From assembly GCA_964453755.1 (NCBI GenBank), contig CAYVPL010000001.1, forward strand, positions 1-39,524: a DNA stretch of 39,524 nucleotides, read 5' to 3'. The notes beneath the pieces were generated by a model, which was not told the DNA's origin, did not search any database, and saw only the letters and a list, made by a program, of their open reading frames with translations. Of this stretch, positions 26,957 through 36,150 are shown piece after piece. The DNA comes from an uncultured Planctomycetales bacterium. GTDB taxonomy: Bacteria; Planctomycetota; UBA1135. Numbering within the stretch: the stretch's first letter is position 1; the number at the start of each line of letters is the position of its first letter. A program made the position numbers and the translations under genes.

Positions 26957-28207
26957 TCACGAGCTCCTCCGCGCCGGCTCGCCGGCCGCCGCCAGAACCT
27001 CTTCCTCCGTCAGCAGGCGCTTCGAGTCCTTCGCGCGCGCCAGCACCGCGCTGATGCGCGCCTCGGTGGGCTCGATGCCGCGCTGCTCGAGAAACCAGAT
27101 CACGTTTGACTTTCCGCTCATCGGCCCGACGCTGATCTTCTGCTGCAGGCCGAAGTCGTCGGCCGGCACGCCGCTGTAGACGCGGTTCGCCAGCCAGGCG
27201 TCGCCCTTGCGGAAGGCCTTGATGACGGCGGCCGCGTGCACGCCGGTGCCGGTCTCGAAGGCGTCCTCGCCGAAGACCGGATACTCGCCGCGGATCGGCC
27301 GGCCGACCGCTTCGCTGGCGGCGCGCACGTACTCGCCGAGTTTGCGCAGATCGCGGTCGATCCAGCCGAGCAGTTTGAGATTGACCAGCAGCAGATCCAT
27401 CTCGGTGTTGCCGGCGCGTTCGCCGATGCCCAGCGCGCAGGCGTGGGCGCGTTGCGCGCCGGCCGACAGCGCCACCAGCGTGTTCACGAGGCCCAGGCCG
27501 CGGTCCCGGTGGCCGTGCCAGTCGAGGCCGACGTGCTGCGCGCGGTTCTCGATCAGCCACGTCTTCAGCCAGTGAAAGAGATTGCGCACCGCCTCCGGCG
27601 TGACGCCGCCGACGGTGTCGCAGACGCACAGGCGGTCGGCGCCCTCCTCGATGGCGGCGCCGTTCAGTTCGGCGAGAATCGCCGGCGTCGAACGCACGGT
27701 GTCTTCGGTGACGAACATCAGCGGCAGGCCGTTCTGCTTGGCGAAGCGCACGGCGGCGCGCACGTTGGCCACCATCTTGGCGAGATCCCAGTCTTCGGCG
27801 TAGGCGCGGATGGGGGAGGAGCCGATGAAGGCGCAGACCTCGATCGGCGAGCCCAGCTGCTGCGCCATCTCCGCCACCGGCTCGATGTCAGAGACCACCG
27901 TGCGGCAGGCGACGTTGGGCTTGATGCGCATGCCCTGCATCTCGCGGGCCAGCGCGTAGATGTGCTCGCGGGCGTTGCGGCCCGCGCCCGGCAGGCCGAC
28001 GTCGGCGGTGTCGATGCCGAGATCGTTCATCAGCCGCACCAAGCGCAGCTTCGCCGCGAGCGGCGGATCCTCGACCGACGGGCACTGCAGGCCGTCGCGC
28101 AGCGTCTCGTCGTCGAGCAGCACCGGCGCGGCGGGCGCGGGCAGCACGAACGGGCCGGCGCCGGCCCAATCGTGGATCAATCCCTGCTGCTGAGCGCCGC
28201 GATCCAT
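26957..28207 (-). CDS. HMGL-like 2-isopropylmalate/homocitrate/citramalate synthase-family enzyme lacking the LeuA regulatory domain
   Basis: 416 aa with DETLRDGLQ, HGHRDRGLGLVNTLVAL and GIGERAGNTEMD motifs. It has no C-terminal LeuA_dimer domain. Confidence 0.8.
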   Translation of the reverse strand: MDRGAQQQGLIHDWAGAGPFVLPAPAAPVLLDDETLRDGLQCPSVEDPPLAAKLRLVRLMNDLGIDTADVGLPGAGRNAREHIYALAREMQGMRIKPNVACRTVVSDIEPVAEMAQQLGSPIEVCAFIGSSPIRAYAEDWDLAKMVANVRAAVRFAKQNGLPLMFVTEDTVRSTPAILAELNGAAIEEGADRLCVCDTVGGVTPEAVRNLFHWLKTWLIENRAQHVGLDWHGHRDRGLGLVNTLVALSAGAQRAHACALGIGERAGNTEMDLLLVNLKLLGWIDRDLRKLGEYVRAASEAVGRPIRGEYPVFGEDAFETGTGVHAAAVIKAFRKGDAWLANRVYSGVPADDFGLQQKISVGPMSGKSNVIWFLEQRGIEPTEARISAVLARAKDSKRLLTEEEVLAAAGEPARRSS

Positions 28208-28231
28208 CTGCGGCGATTATAGAATCTCCAC

Positions 28232-28984
28232 ATGTTCGTACGGAGCGACATGTTCATGATCACCTGCGCCGCGCGCACGGGCAGCACCATGCTCGTGAAG
28301 CTGCTCCGGTGCCATCCGTCGCTTCTGGTGCACGGCGAAGTCTGGGGCGATCGCATGGCGAGCCTGACCGGGCCGATCGGCAAGCGCATCCTCGAAGATC
28401 CGGCAGTGGGCGAAGAAATTGCGCGCGAGCGCTTCACCCGGCCGGAGAAAGTGCTCTACAAGTATTTTCTGCATTCGCCCGGCAAGAAGGCGGTCGGTTT
28501 CAAACTCAAGTACGACGAGATGACCCAACCGCGCTGGCACGAGGTGCGCGGCCTGGTCGAGCGCGACCAGGATCTGAAAATTCTCTTCCTGCACCGCGAG
28601 AACCTGCTCGAGCGCTACGTCTCCCACCAAGTGGTGATGAAGCAGACCGGAGTGACCAACGTGAAGGCGGGGGCGGCGGTGCCGCCGGTGAAACCCTTCA
28701 AGGTGGACGTCAAAGACTGCCTCGCCGACGTGGTCGAGACCCGCCGGCGCACCGCCGAGTTCAAGCGCAGCTTCGCCGGGCACCGCGCCATCGAGACCAC
28801 CTACGAGCGGCTGGTCCGCGCCCCGCAAGCAGAGAGCGACCTGCTGTTCGCCTTTCTCGGCGTGGATGCCGCGCCGGTCGAGATGGGCACGGAAAAAATC
28901 GTGCGCGCCCCGCTGCAGGAGCTGGTCCTCAACTTCGCCGAGGTCGAGCGCGCGCTGCAGGATCACGGCTGCATGGCGGTCTGA
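28232..28984 (+). CDS. Sulfotransferase (Stf0-like family)
   Basis: Has an N-terminal PAPS 5'-phosphosulfate-binding loop (ITCAARTGSTMLVKLL) and a LHRENLLERYVS 3'-phosphate-type motif. Alternative ATG starts lie at 28250 and 28256. Confidence 0.75.
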   Translation: MFVRSDMFMITCAARTGSTMLVKLLRCHPSLLVHGEVWGDRMASLTGPIGKRILEDPAVGEEIARERFTRPEKVLYKYFLHSPGKKAVGFKLKYDEMTQPRWHEVRGLVERDQDLKILFLHRENLLERYVSHQVVMKQTGVTNVKAGAAVPPVKPFKVDVKDCLADVVETRRRTAEFKRSFAGHRAIETTYERLVRAPQAESDLLFAFLGVDAAPVEMGTEKIVRAPLQELVLNFAEVERALQDHGCMAV

Positions 28985-28988
28985 CACC

Positions 28989-29549
28989 ATGAGCGCCGCC
29001 GCCCTCGACGTCCGCGAAACTTCCCTGCCCGGCGTGCTGCTGCTCGCGCCGCGCACGTTTCGCGACGCGCGCGGCTCGTTCTGGGAAGGATTTCAGGCCG
29101 AGCGCTACGCCGCCGCCGGGCTGCCGGGCCCCTTCGTGCAGGACAACTTTTCGCGCTCCACGCGCGGCGTGCTGCGCGGCCTGCACTTCCAGGATCCGCG
29201 CCCGCAGGGCAAACTGGCCTTCGTGCTGGAAGGCGCAGTCTGGGACGTGGCCGTGGACATCCGCCCCGACTCGCCGCGCTGCGGCCAGCACTTCGGCGTC
29301 GAACTCTCCGCCGCCAACGGCCTGCAGTTGTGGATCCCGCCCGGATTCGCGCACGGCTTCCAGGTGATTTCGCCCGAGGCGCTGTTCGCCTACAAGTGCA
29401 CCGAGCGCTACGTGCCCGAGGCCGACGCCGGCATTCGCTGGGACGACCCGCAACTGGCGATTCCCTGGCCTCTGCCCGCTCCGGTGCTGTCCGCCAAGGA
29501 CGCCGCCCTGCCGACGCTGGCGGAGTGGGCCGCGCGTCGGCGAAGATAG
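28989..29549 (+). CDS. rfbC: dTDP-4-dehydrorhamnose 3,5-epimerase
   Basis: 186 aa with RGSFWE...RGLHFQ...KLAFVLEGAVWDVAVDIR...GFAHGF. Confidence 0.92.
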   Translation: MSAAALDVRETSLPGVLLLAPRTFRDARGSFWEGFQAERYAAAGLPGPFVQDNFSRSTRGVLRGLHFQDPRPQGKLAFVLEGAVWDVAVDIRPDSPRCGQHFGVELSAANGLQLWIPPGFAHGFQVISPEALFAYKCTERYVPEADAGIRWDDPQLAIPWPLPAPVLSAKDAALPTLAEWAARRRR

Positions 29550-29553
29550 ACGG

Positions 29554-30438
29554 GTGCGCGTTCTCCTCGTCGGCCGCGATGGCCAGGTTGGCACCGAGTT
29601 GCGCCGCACGGCCCCGGCGGGCTTCGAGATCCGCGCGCCGGGCCTGGACGAGCTCGATCTGACCCGACCGGAAGAGGTGCGCGCGCTGATCCGCGGCTAC
29701 CGGCCGGAGTTGATTCTCAGCGCTGCAGCCTTCACCGCGGTGGACCGCGCCGAGGCCGAGCCCGCGCTGGCGCGCGCGCTCAACGCCGACGCCCCCGCGC
29801 TGCTGGCCGCCGAAGCCGCCCGGCTCGGCGCTGGAATCATTCACTATTCCACGGATTACGTCTACGACGGCTCGAAGCGCGGCCCCTGGCAGGAGGGCGA
29901 CGCGCCCGCGCCGCTCGGCGTCTACGGCGCGAGCAAGCTGGCCGGCGACGAGGCGGTGCTCGGCGCGGGCGCGCGCGCCGTGGTGTTGCGCACTTCGTGG
30001 GTCTACGCCGCGCACGGCCACAATTTCGTGCGCACCATGCTGCGCCTGGGGCGCGAGCAGGAGCGCTTGCGCGTCGTCGCCGACCAGATCGGCAATCCGA
30101 CCTGGGCGCGCGAACTGGCGCGCGCATCCTGGATCGTCGCGGGCCGCGGCCTCGAGCCGGGCGGCTTGTTCCACGCCGCGGGCGCCGGCGCCGTCAGTTG
30201 GCACGGCTTCGCCGAACGCATCTTTGCGCTCGCGCGGGAGCGGCGCCTGGGCGCCGACCTGCGCGTGCGCGCGGTGGATCCGATCGCCAGCGTCGAATGG
30301 CCGACCCCGGCGCGGCGCCCGGCGAACTCCACGCTCGACTGCGCGCGCCTCGCGCGCGAGCACGGCGCGCGCCTGCCCGCCTGGGAAGTCTCCCTGGCCG
30401 CCTGTCTGGACGAATTGGACGGAGCCGCGGGGGCCTGA
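29554..30438 (+). CDS. rfbD: dTDP-4-dehydrorhamnose reductase
   Basis: GTG start. Contains LLVGRDGQVG, STDYVYDG and YGASKLAGD motifs. Confidence 0.9.
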   Translation: MRVLLVGRDGQVGTELRRTAPAGFEIRAPGLDELDLTRPEEVRALIRGYRPELILSAAAFTAVDRAEAEPALARALNADAPALLAAEAARLGAGIIHYSTDYVYDGSKRGPWQEGDAPAPLGVYGASKLAGDEAVLGAGARAVVLRTSWVYAAHGHNFVRTMLRLGREQERLRVVADQIGNPTWARELARASWIVAGRGLEPGGLFHAAGAGAVSWHGFAERIFALARERRLGADLRVRAVDPIASVEWPTPARRPANSTLDCARLAREHGARLPAWEVSLAACLDELDGAAGA

Positions 30439-30439
30439 T

Positions 30440-32677
30440 TTGTTGAACCGCACCCGCGCCCTCTGGCAGAAAGCGCGCCATCTCGACCGCGACCTCAAGG
30501 AACAGGGCGCCACGGGCGCGCAGCGGCTGGCGCTGCTGGCGCAGAAAGCGCGCGCCGTGCTGATCCCGCCGGGCACGCGCCGCTTCCGGTTCTACAGCGC
30601 GATCGGCCGGCCGCTGGCGCGCCCGCTGCTGGCCTGGACGCACCATCAGCGCCACGGCAACGTGCCGCTGTGGAATCGCTGGCGCGAATTCGCGCCGGCT
30701 GCCGGCGAGATCGGCGCGCAGGAAGTCCTGGCTTTCCCGGAGTGCGCGGCGCCGCGCTGCACGATTCTGGTGCCGGTCTACGGCAAGTGGCGGCACACTT
30801 ACACCTGCCTGCGCTCGATTCTGCGCAACTCCAGCGGAGTCAGCTACGAAGTCATCGTGCTCGACGACTGCTCGCCCGACGAGACGGCGCAGCTCGCGCA
30901 AGTGGTGACCGGCGTTCGCTTCCTGCGCCACGCCGAGAACCTGGGCTTCTTGCGCAATTGCAACGCCGGCGCGCGCGCCGCCCGCGGCAGCACGCTACTT
31001 CTGCTCAACAACGACACCAGCGTCGAGCCCGGCTGGCTCGAAGCATTGCACGAGGCTCTCGACGCGGATCCGCAGGTCGGCATGGTCGGGGCCAAGTTGC
31101 TGGATCCGCGCGGCCGTCTGCAGGAAGCCGGCGGCATCGTGTGGCAGGACGGCAGCGGCTGGAACTACGGGCGCGGCGGCGACCCTGCCGCGTCGGAGTT
31201 CGACTATCTCAAGGAAGTCGATTACTGCTCCGGAGCCTGCCTGCTGCTGCCGACGGAACTGTGGCGTCAACTCGGCGGCTTCGACGAGCGCTACGCTCCG
31301 GCCTACTACGAAGACACCGACCTGGCCTTCGCCGTGCGCGCGGCCGGGCGCAAGGTCGTCTATCAACCGCGCGCGGCGGTCGTCCATCTCGAAGGGATCT
31401 CGCACGGCACCGACGTCGGCTCCGGGATGAAGCGCTATCAGGAGATCAACCGCCTGAAGTTCACGGACAAATGGCGCGCCGTGCTCGAAGCCGAGCACAG
31501 CGCCGGACCCGCCGACGTCTTCCGCGCCCGCGATCGCAGCCAGCACAAGGCTCACGTCGCGGTCGTGGATCACACCCTGCCCGCCTGGGACGCCGACGCC
31601 GGCTCGCGCCTGACCTGGATGTACCTGCGCCTGCTGGTCGCCGAAGGATGTCAAGTCAGCTTCCTGCCGATGAACCTCTTCGCCGCGCAGCCCTACGCGC
31701 GCAAGTTGCAGGATCTCGGCGTCGAAGTGCTGTGCGGACACGCCCACGGGCCGCAGCACCGGCTCTGGCTGGCGCGCCACGGCCGCGAGTTGGACGCCGT
31801 CTATCTGCACCGCCCGCACGTGGCCGAGGCCTATCTCTCGCACGTCCAGGAGCACGCCCCGCAAGCGCGCCTGGTCTACCAATGCCACGACCTGCACCAT
31901 CTGCGCGAGCAGCGCCGGCACGAAGCCGAAGGCGGGCGCGGCGCGGGCAGCGAGGCGGCGCAGTGGCGCAAAATGGAAGAGCGCGTGCTCGCCGCGGCGC
32001 AAGTGATCCACACGCCGAGCACCTACGAGCGTGAGTGGATCGCGCGGCAGTTCCCCGGCAAGACCGTGCGCGACGTGCCGATCTACTTCTGGGAGCGCGT
32101 GCCGCTCGACGGCCGTCCGGCGGACGGCGGCGATCTGACCGGGCGCTCGGCCGGCGACATGCTTTTCGTCGGCGGCTTCCGCCATCCGCCGAACGAGGCC
32201 GCCGTGCTGTGGTTCGCGCGCGAAGTTCTGCCGCGGGTGCGCGAGCTGGCGCCGAACGCGCGGCTGCTGCTGGCCGGCGCCCATCCGACGCCGGCGGTGC
32301 AGGCACTCCCCGCGGACAGCGTTCTCATCTTGGGCCGGCTCAGCGACGAGCAGCTGGCCGCGGCCTATCGGTCGGCGCGCATCGCCGTCGTGCCGATGGT
32401 GTGGGGCGCCGGCGTCAAAGGAAAGCTGATCGAGGCGCTGGCCTGGGGCTTGCCGGTCGCGTGCACGCCGATCGGGGCAGAAGGGGTCGCGGGCATCGAA
32501 TCGGCGGCGTCCATCGGCGCCAGCCCGGAGGAATTGGCAGTCGCTAGTGCGGCGCTGCTGCAGGACGACGCGCAGTGGCGCGCCCGGCGCCAAGCCGGCC
32601 TGGAACTCGTGGCCCGCTCCTTCTCGGCGCAGCGCGCCCGCGAAATTGTCAGACTCGATCTTGCCCGCCGCGCATGA
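30440..32677 (+). CDS. Bifunctional glycosyltransferase (N-terminal GT2 rhamnosyltransferase-like domain + C-terminal GT4/GT1 domain)
   Basis: The TTG start is 1 nt after the rfbD stop, giving 745 aa. GT2 motifs: ILVPVYGKW...VIVLDDCSPDET...LLLNNDT...YEDTDL. GT4 motifs: FVGGFRHPPN...GAGVKGKLIEALAWGLPVACT. Confidence 0.85.
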   Translation: MLNRTRALWQKARHLDRDLKEQGATGAQRLALLAQKARAVLIPPGTRRFRFYSAIGRPLARPLLAWTHHQRHGNVPLWNRWREFAPAAGEIGAQEVLAFPECAAPRCTILVPVYGKWRHTYTCLRSILRNSSGVSYEVIVLDDCSPDETAQLAQVVTGVRFLRHAENLGFLRNCNAGARAARGSTLLLLNNDTSVEPGWLEALHEALDADPQVGMVGAKLLDPRGRLQEAGGIVWQDGSGWNYGRGGDPAASEFDYLKEVDYCSGACLLLPTELWRQLGGFDERYAPAYYEDTDLAFAVRAAGRKVVYQPRAAVVHLEGISHGTDVGSGMKRYQEINRLKFTDKWRAVLEAEHSAGPADVFRARDRSQHKAHVAVVDHTLPAWDADAGSRLTWMYLRLLVAEGCQVSFLPMNLFAAQPYARKLQDLGVEVLCGHAHGPQHRLWLARHGRELDAVYLHRPHVAEAYLSHVQEHAPQARLVYQCHDLHHLREQRRHEAEGGRGAGSEAAQWRKMEERVLAAAQVIHTPSTYEREWIARQFPGKTVRDVPIYFWERVPLDGRPADGGDLTGRSAGDMLFVGGFRHPPNEAAVLWFAREVLPRVRELAPNARLLLAGAHPTPAVQALPADSVLILGRLSDEQLAAAYRSARIAVVPMVWGAGVKGKLIEALAWGLPVACTPIGAEGVAGIESAASIGASPEELAVASAALLQDDAQWRARRQAGLELVARSFSAQRAREIVRLDLARRA

Positions 32678-33543
32678 CGCACGCTCCGCATCCGCCCGCC
32701 GCGCCGGCGCCGCGTTTCACGACGCGGCCGGTGTGCGTGCACTTCCACGTGTTCAAGAACGCGGGCACCACGCTCGACGGCGCGCTGCGGCGCGAGTTCG
32801 GCATCGCCTTCGCCGAGTTCGACGGGCCGCGCGCCAACTACGTGCTCGAGCACGACGAGTTCCGCGCCTTCGTCGAGACGCGTCCGGCGCTCCGCGCCGT
32901 CTCCAGCCATCAAGTCCGCTTTCCGCTGCCCGCCATCTACGACGTGCGCTGGCGCCCGCTCCTGCTGATCCGCCATCCGCTCGACCGCGCGCTCTCGGCC
33001 TACAGCTTCCACCGCCGCGCCCGCACGCGCAGCGCCTCGGCGCTGCAGGCCAAGAAGTCGGATCTGCGCGGCTACGTGCGCTGGATGCTGGACCTCGGAC
33101 CGGTCAGCCTGATCTGCAATTTCCAGACGACCTTTCTCTCCACCGGGCCCGGCACCGGCAAGCGGCCCGTACTGGCCGCCGCCTGCGCTCGCCTGCGCGA
33201 AGCCGCGCTGGCCGGCACCGTCGAGCGCTTCGGCGAAAGCCTGCTCTGCGCCGAGCGCAATCTGGCGGCCGATTTCCCGGGACTCGATTTGTCCAATCAC
33301 TCCCGCAACGTCACGCGCGAGCGCCGCGGCCGCCTCGAGGAGCGCCTCGCGCAATTGCGCGCCAAATTAAGCGCGGATCTGCACGCCGAACTCGAGCGCC
33401 GCAATGAACTCGATTTCGCCCTGCACCAGGAAGCCGCGCGCGAACTCGACGGGCGCCTGCAGCGGCTCGGCGACGATCTCCAGCCGGCCTTCGAGGACTT
33501 CCGCGCGCGGTGCGCCGCGCGCGAGGCGGCCGCGGCGCGATGA
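32674..33543 (+). CDS. Sulfotransferase (family-2-like)
   Basis: ATGA overlap with the upstream stop. FHVFKNAGTTL matches the HxPKxGGT PAPS loop, and IRHPLDRALSAYSF matches the RDPxxRxxSxY 3'-phosphate motif. Confidence 0.7.
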   Translation: MTHAPHPPAAPAPRFTTRPVCVHFHVFKNAGTTLDGALRREFGIAFAEFDGPRANYVLEHDEFRAFVETRPALRAVSSHQVRFPLPAIYDVRWRPLLLIRHPLDRALSAYSFHRRARTRSASALQAKKSDLRGYVRWMLDLGPVSLICNFQTTFLSTGPGTGKRPVLAAACARLREAALAGTVERFGESLLCAERNLAADFPGLDLSNHSRNVTRERRGRLEERLAQLRAKLSADLHAELERRNELDFALHQEAARELDGRLQRLGDDLQPAFEDFRARCAAREAAAAR

Positions 33544-34610
33544 GCGGAGCGGCTCCGGTGATCGTGTGCGTGATCGGCATGCACCGCAGCGGCACTTCGC
33601 TGTTGGCGCGCCTGCTCAACATCGCCGGCGTCGAACTCGGCGCAGCCGCCAGTCTCGCGCGCGCCGCGGACGACAATCCGCGCGGCTTCTGGGAGCACGA
33701 GGGCCTGCGCGAAATCAACGACGAGTTGCTGCGCGCCTTCGGCGGCTCGTGGATGAATCCGCCCGAGCTGCCGGAAGGCTGGGCGCAGGATCCGCGGGTG
33801 GCGCCGCTGCGCGCGCGCGCCCGGGAGTTGGTGGCCCGCGAGTTCGGCGGCCGCGCGCTGTGGGGATTCAAGGATCCGCGCACGACCTTGCTGGCGGATT
33901 TTTGGCGCGACATCCTGCCCGGCCGCATCGCCTGGATCGTGGCGCTGCGCAATCCGCTGGAGGTCGCGGATTCCCTCAAGCGGCGCGACGGCTTCCCCTC
34001 GGTGCTGTCCGAGGACTTGTGGAACGCCTACACGCGAGCCGCCTTCCGCAACGCGCCCGCGGCCGAGCGCGCAATCGTTCACTTCGAGCGCCTGCTCAGC
34101 GAACCCGCGGCCGAAGTCGAGCGCTTGATCCGGACCCTGCGCCTGCCGATCCCGCCGCCCGGCCCGGAGGCCGCCGCCCGGATGCGGGAAGAAGCCGCCC
34201 GGGACCTGCGTCATCACAGTCACGGATTGGACGAAATACGCGGTTCCGAGGAACTGCGCCCGGACACCTGCGAGCTCTACCTCCGGCTGTGGAACGGAGG
34301 GGACGTGGGCCAGCTCCTGGCGCAGCCCGAGGTCGGCTTCGGTCGCGCCTTCAAGGATCTGCTCGCGGATTTCGCCCGGCTCAAGAGCGAGCAGGACCTG
34401 ATGCGCACCGCACTGACCGATCGTGAACTGCAGGCTGAGGAAGCGCTGCGCGAAGTGGCGCGCACGCAGCGCGAGGCCACCGAGTGGCGGGACGAGGCGC
34501 TGCAACTGCGTTCCGAGGTCGGCCTGCTCAAGCAGCGCACGGAATACCGGCTCGGCGAGCGCCTGCGGCGCGTGTGGCGCCGGCTGCGCGGACGCGCCCC
34601 GCAGTCCTAG
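33540..34610 (+). CDS. Sulfotransferase (family-3-like) with a C-terminal coiled-coil extension
   Basis: ATGA overlap. Contains VIGMHRSGTSLLARLL (PAPS loop), FKDPRTTLL and ALRNPLEVADSL. The last ~80 aa are heptad-like and charged (LKSEQDLMRTALTDRELQAEEALREVARTQREATEWRDEALQLRSEVGLLKQ). Confidence 0.75.
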   Translation: MSGAAPVIVCVIGMHRSGTSLLARLLNIAGVELGAAASLARAADDNPRGFWEHEGLREINDELLRAFGGSWMNPPELPEGWAQDPRVAPLRARARELVAREFGGRALWGFKDPRTTLLADFWRDILPGRIAWIVALRNPLEVADSLKRRDGFPSVLSEDLWNAYTRAAFRNAPAAERAIVHFERLLSEPAAEVERLIRTLRLPIPPPGPEAAARMREEAARDLRHHSHGLDEIRGSEELRPDTCELYLRLWNGGDVGQLLAQPEVGFGRAFKDLLADFARLKSEQDLMRTALTDRELQAEEALREVARTQREATEWRDEALQLRSEVGLLKQRTEYRLGERLRRVWRRLRGRAPQS

Positions 34611-34621
34611 AATCCCGCGGC

Positions 34622-35410
34622 ATGCGGATCCGCGAGCAGGTCGGGGCGATCCTGCGGCGCCGGGTCCTGATCGGCGCCTTTCTCAGCGTGGATCTGCGCC
34701 TGAAGTACCGGCGCTCCTCGCTGGGCTTCCTGTGGTCTCTGCTGAATCCGCTGCTGATGCTGACGGTGATGGCGGCGGCCTTCAGCTTCGTCTTCGACCG
34801 CGGCAGCGGCCAGGGCTCCTTCGCGCTGCACCTCTTTGCCTGCCTGCTGCCCTGGCAGGCGCTGACCGCTTCGGTGGAGCAGGGCGGGCGCTCGCTGGTG
34901 AAGGGCGAGAACCTCCTGCTGCAGTATCCGCTGCCCAAACTGCTGCTGCCGCTGCGGCGCACGCTGTTCGCATTCGTCGAATACTTCTTCGCGCTGCTCG
35001 CCCTCGGCCTGGTCGCGGGCTTCATCGGCTTCCGCCCGAGCTGGGCCCTGCTGTGGCTGCCGGTCGGCGTGCTGCTGCTCTTTCTGTTCGCGCTCGGCCT
35101 GGCCTCGGTGGCGGCGGTGGTCACGGTCTACTTCCGCGACGCGGTGCACCTGCTCGGCGTCACGCTGCGCGCCTGGTTCTATCTCACGCCGGTGATCATT
35201 CCTTATACGGCGCTGCCGGAATCGGTGCGCCAGTGGGCCGAACTCAATCCGGCCTACCATCTGATCAAGATCTTCGACGACGTGATCAACCTGGGCGTCG
35301 CGCCCGACGCGCGCACCCTGCTCATCTCCGCCGCCTGCGCCCTGGCCATGCTGAGCCTCGGCCTGTGGGTGGTTGCCAAGTTCGAGCACAAGCTCGTGTT
35401 CCGCCTGTGA
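34622..35410 (+). CDS. wzm: ABC-2 type polysaccharide export permease
   Basis: 262 aa with DLRLKYRRSSLGFLWSLLNPLL, the signature start of Wzm/TagG/KpsM permeases, and six TM segments. Confidence 0.88.
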   Translation: MRIREQVGAILRRRVLIGAFLSVDLRLKYRRSSLGFLWSLLNPLLMLTVMAAAFSFVFDRGSGQGSFALHLFACLLPWQALTASVEQGGRSLVKGENLLLQYPLPKLLLPLRRTLFAFVEYFFALLALGLVAGFIGFRPSWALLWLPVGVLLLFLFALGLASVAAVVTVYFRDAVHLLGVTLRAWFYLTPVIIPYTALPESVRQWAELNPAYHLIKIFDDVINLGVAPDARTLLISAACALAMLSLGLWVVAKFEHKLVFRL

Positions 35411-36150
35411 GCGCCGACCTCGGCATCCAGTTGCGCGAGGTCAGCCTGACCTACCGCTTGTACTCCAACAAGCGGCCGAGCCTGAAGGCTTCGCTGGTGT
35501 CGGCGCTGCGCGGCGGCAAGGACGAGTTCCGCGATCTGCCGGCGCTGCGCGACGTCAACCTGAGCATTCAGCCGGGAGAGCGCGTCGGCATCGTCGGCCG
35601 CAACGGCGCGGGCAAGACCTCGCTGCTGCGGCTGCTGGCCGGAATTTTTCCGCCGACGGCCGGCGTCGTCGAGGTGAAGGGCTTCGTCGTGCCGCTGTTC
35701 CGCCTCGGCCTCGGCTTCGAGCCGGAGCTGACGGGCGAGGAGAACCTGATCCAGGCCGGCGCGCTGCTGGACATCCCCGCCGCCACCATGCGCGCGCGCG
35801 CCGACGCGGTCTTCGAGTTCGCCGAGATCGGCCGCTTCCGGCACACGCCGCTCAAGTACTACTCGCGCGGCATGGCCACGCGGCTGTCCTTCGCCACCGC
35901 CTGCGAGGTGGATCCGCAGATCCTGCTGCTGGACGAGGTCTTCGGCGGCGGCGACATGTCCTTCCGCGAGAAGGCGGTGAAGCGCATGCAGGAGTTGATT
36001 CTGCGCACGCCGATCGTGGTGATGGTCTCGCACAATCTCGAGACGGTGCAGGACATCACCAATCGCGTGCTGTGGCTCGACGATGGCCAGGTGCGCATGG
36101 ACGGCCCGCCCGGCGAGGTGATCCCCGCCTATGAAGCCGCCTGCGCCTGA
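35407..36150 (+). CDS. wzt: Polysaccharide export ABC transporter ATP-binding protein (short form, no C-terminal carbohydrate-binding domain)
   Basis: GTGA overlap. Contains Walker A (GRNGAGKTSLLRLL), the signature YSRGMATRL and Walker B (LLLDEV). At 247 aa it is the nucleotide-binding domain only. Confidence 0.88.
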   Translation: MSADLGIQLREVSLTYRLYSNKRPSLKASLVSALRGGKDEFRDLPALRDVNLSIQPGERVGIVGRNGAGKTSLLRLLAGIFPPTAGVVEVKGFVVPLFRLGLGFEPELTGEENLIQAGALLDIPAATMRARADAVFEFAEIGRFRHTPLKYYSRGMATRLSFATACEVDPQILLLDEVFGGGDMSFREKAVKRMQELILRTPIVVMVSHNLETVQDITNRVLWLDDGQVRMDGPPGEVIPAYEAACA

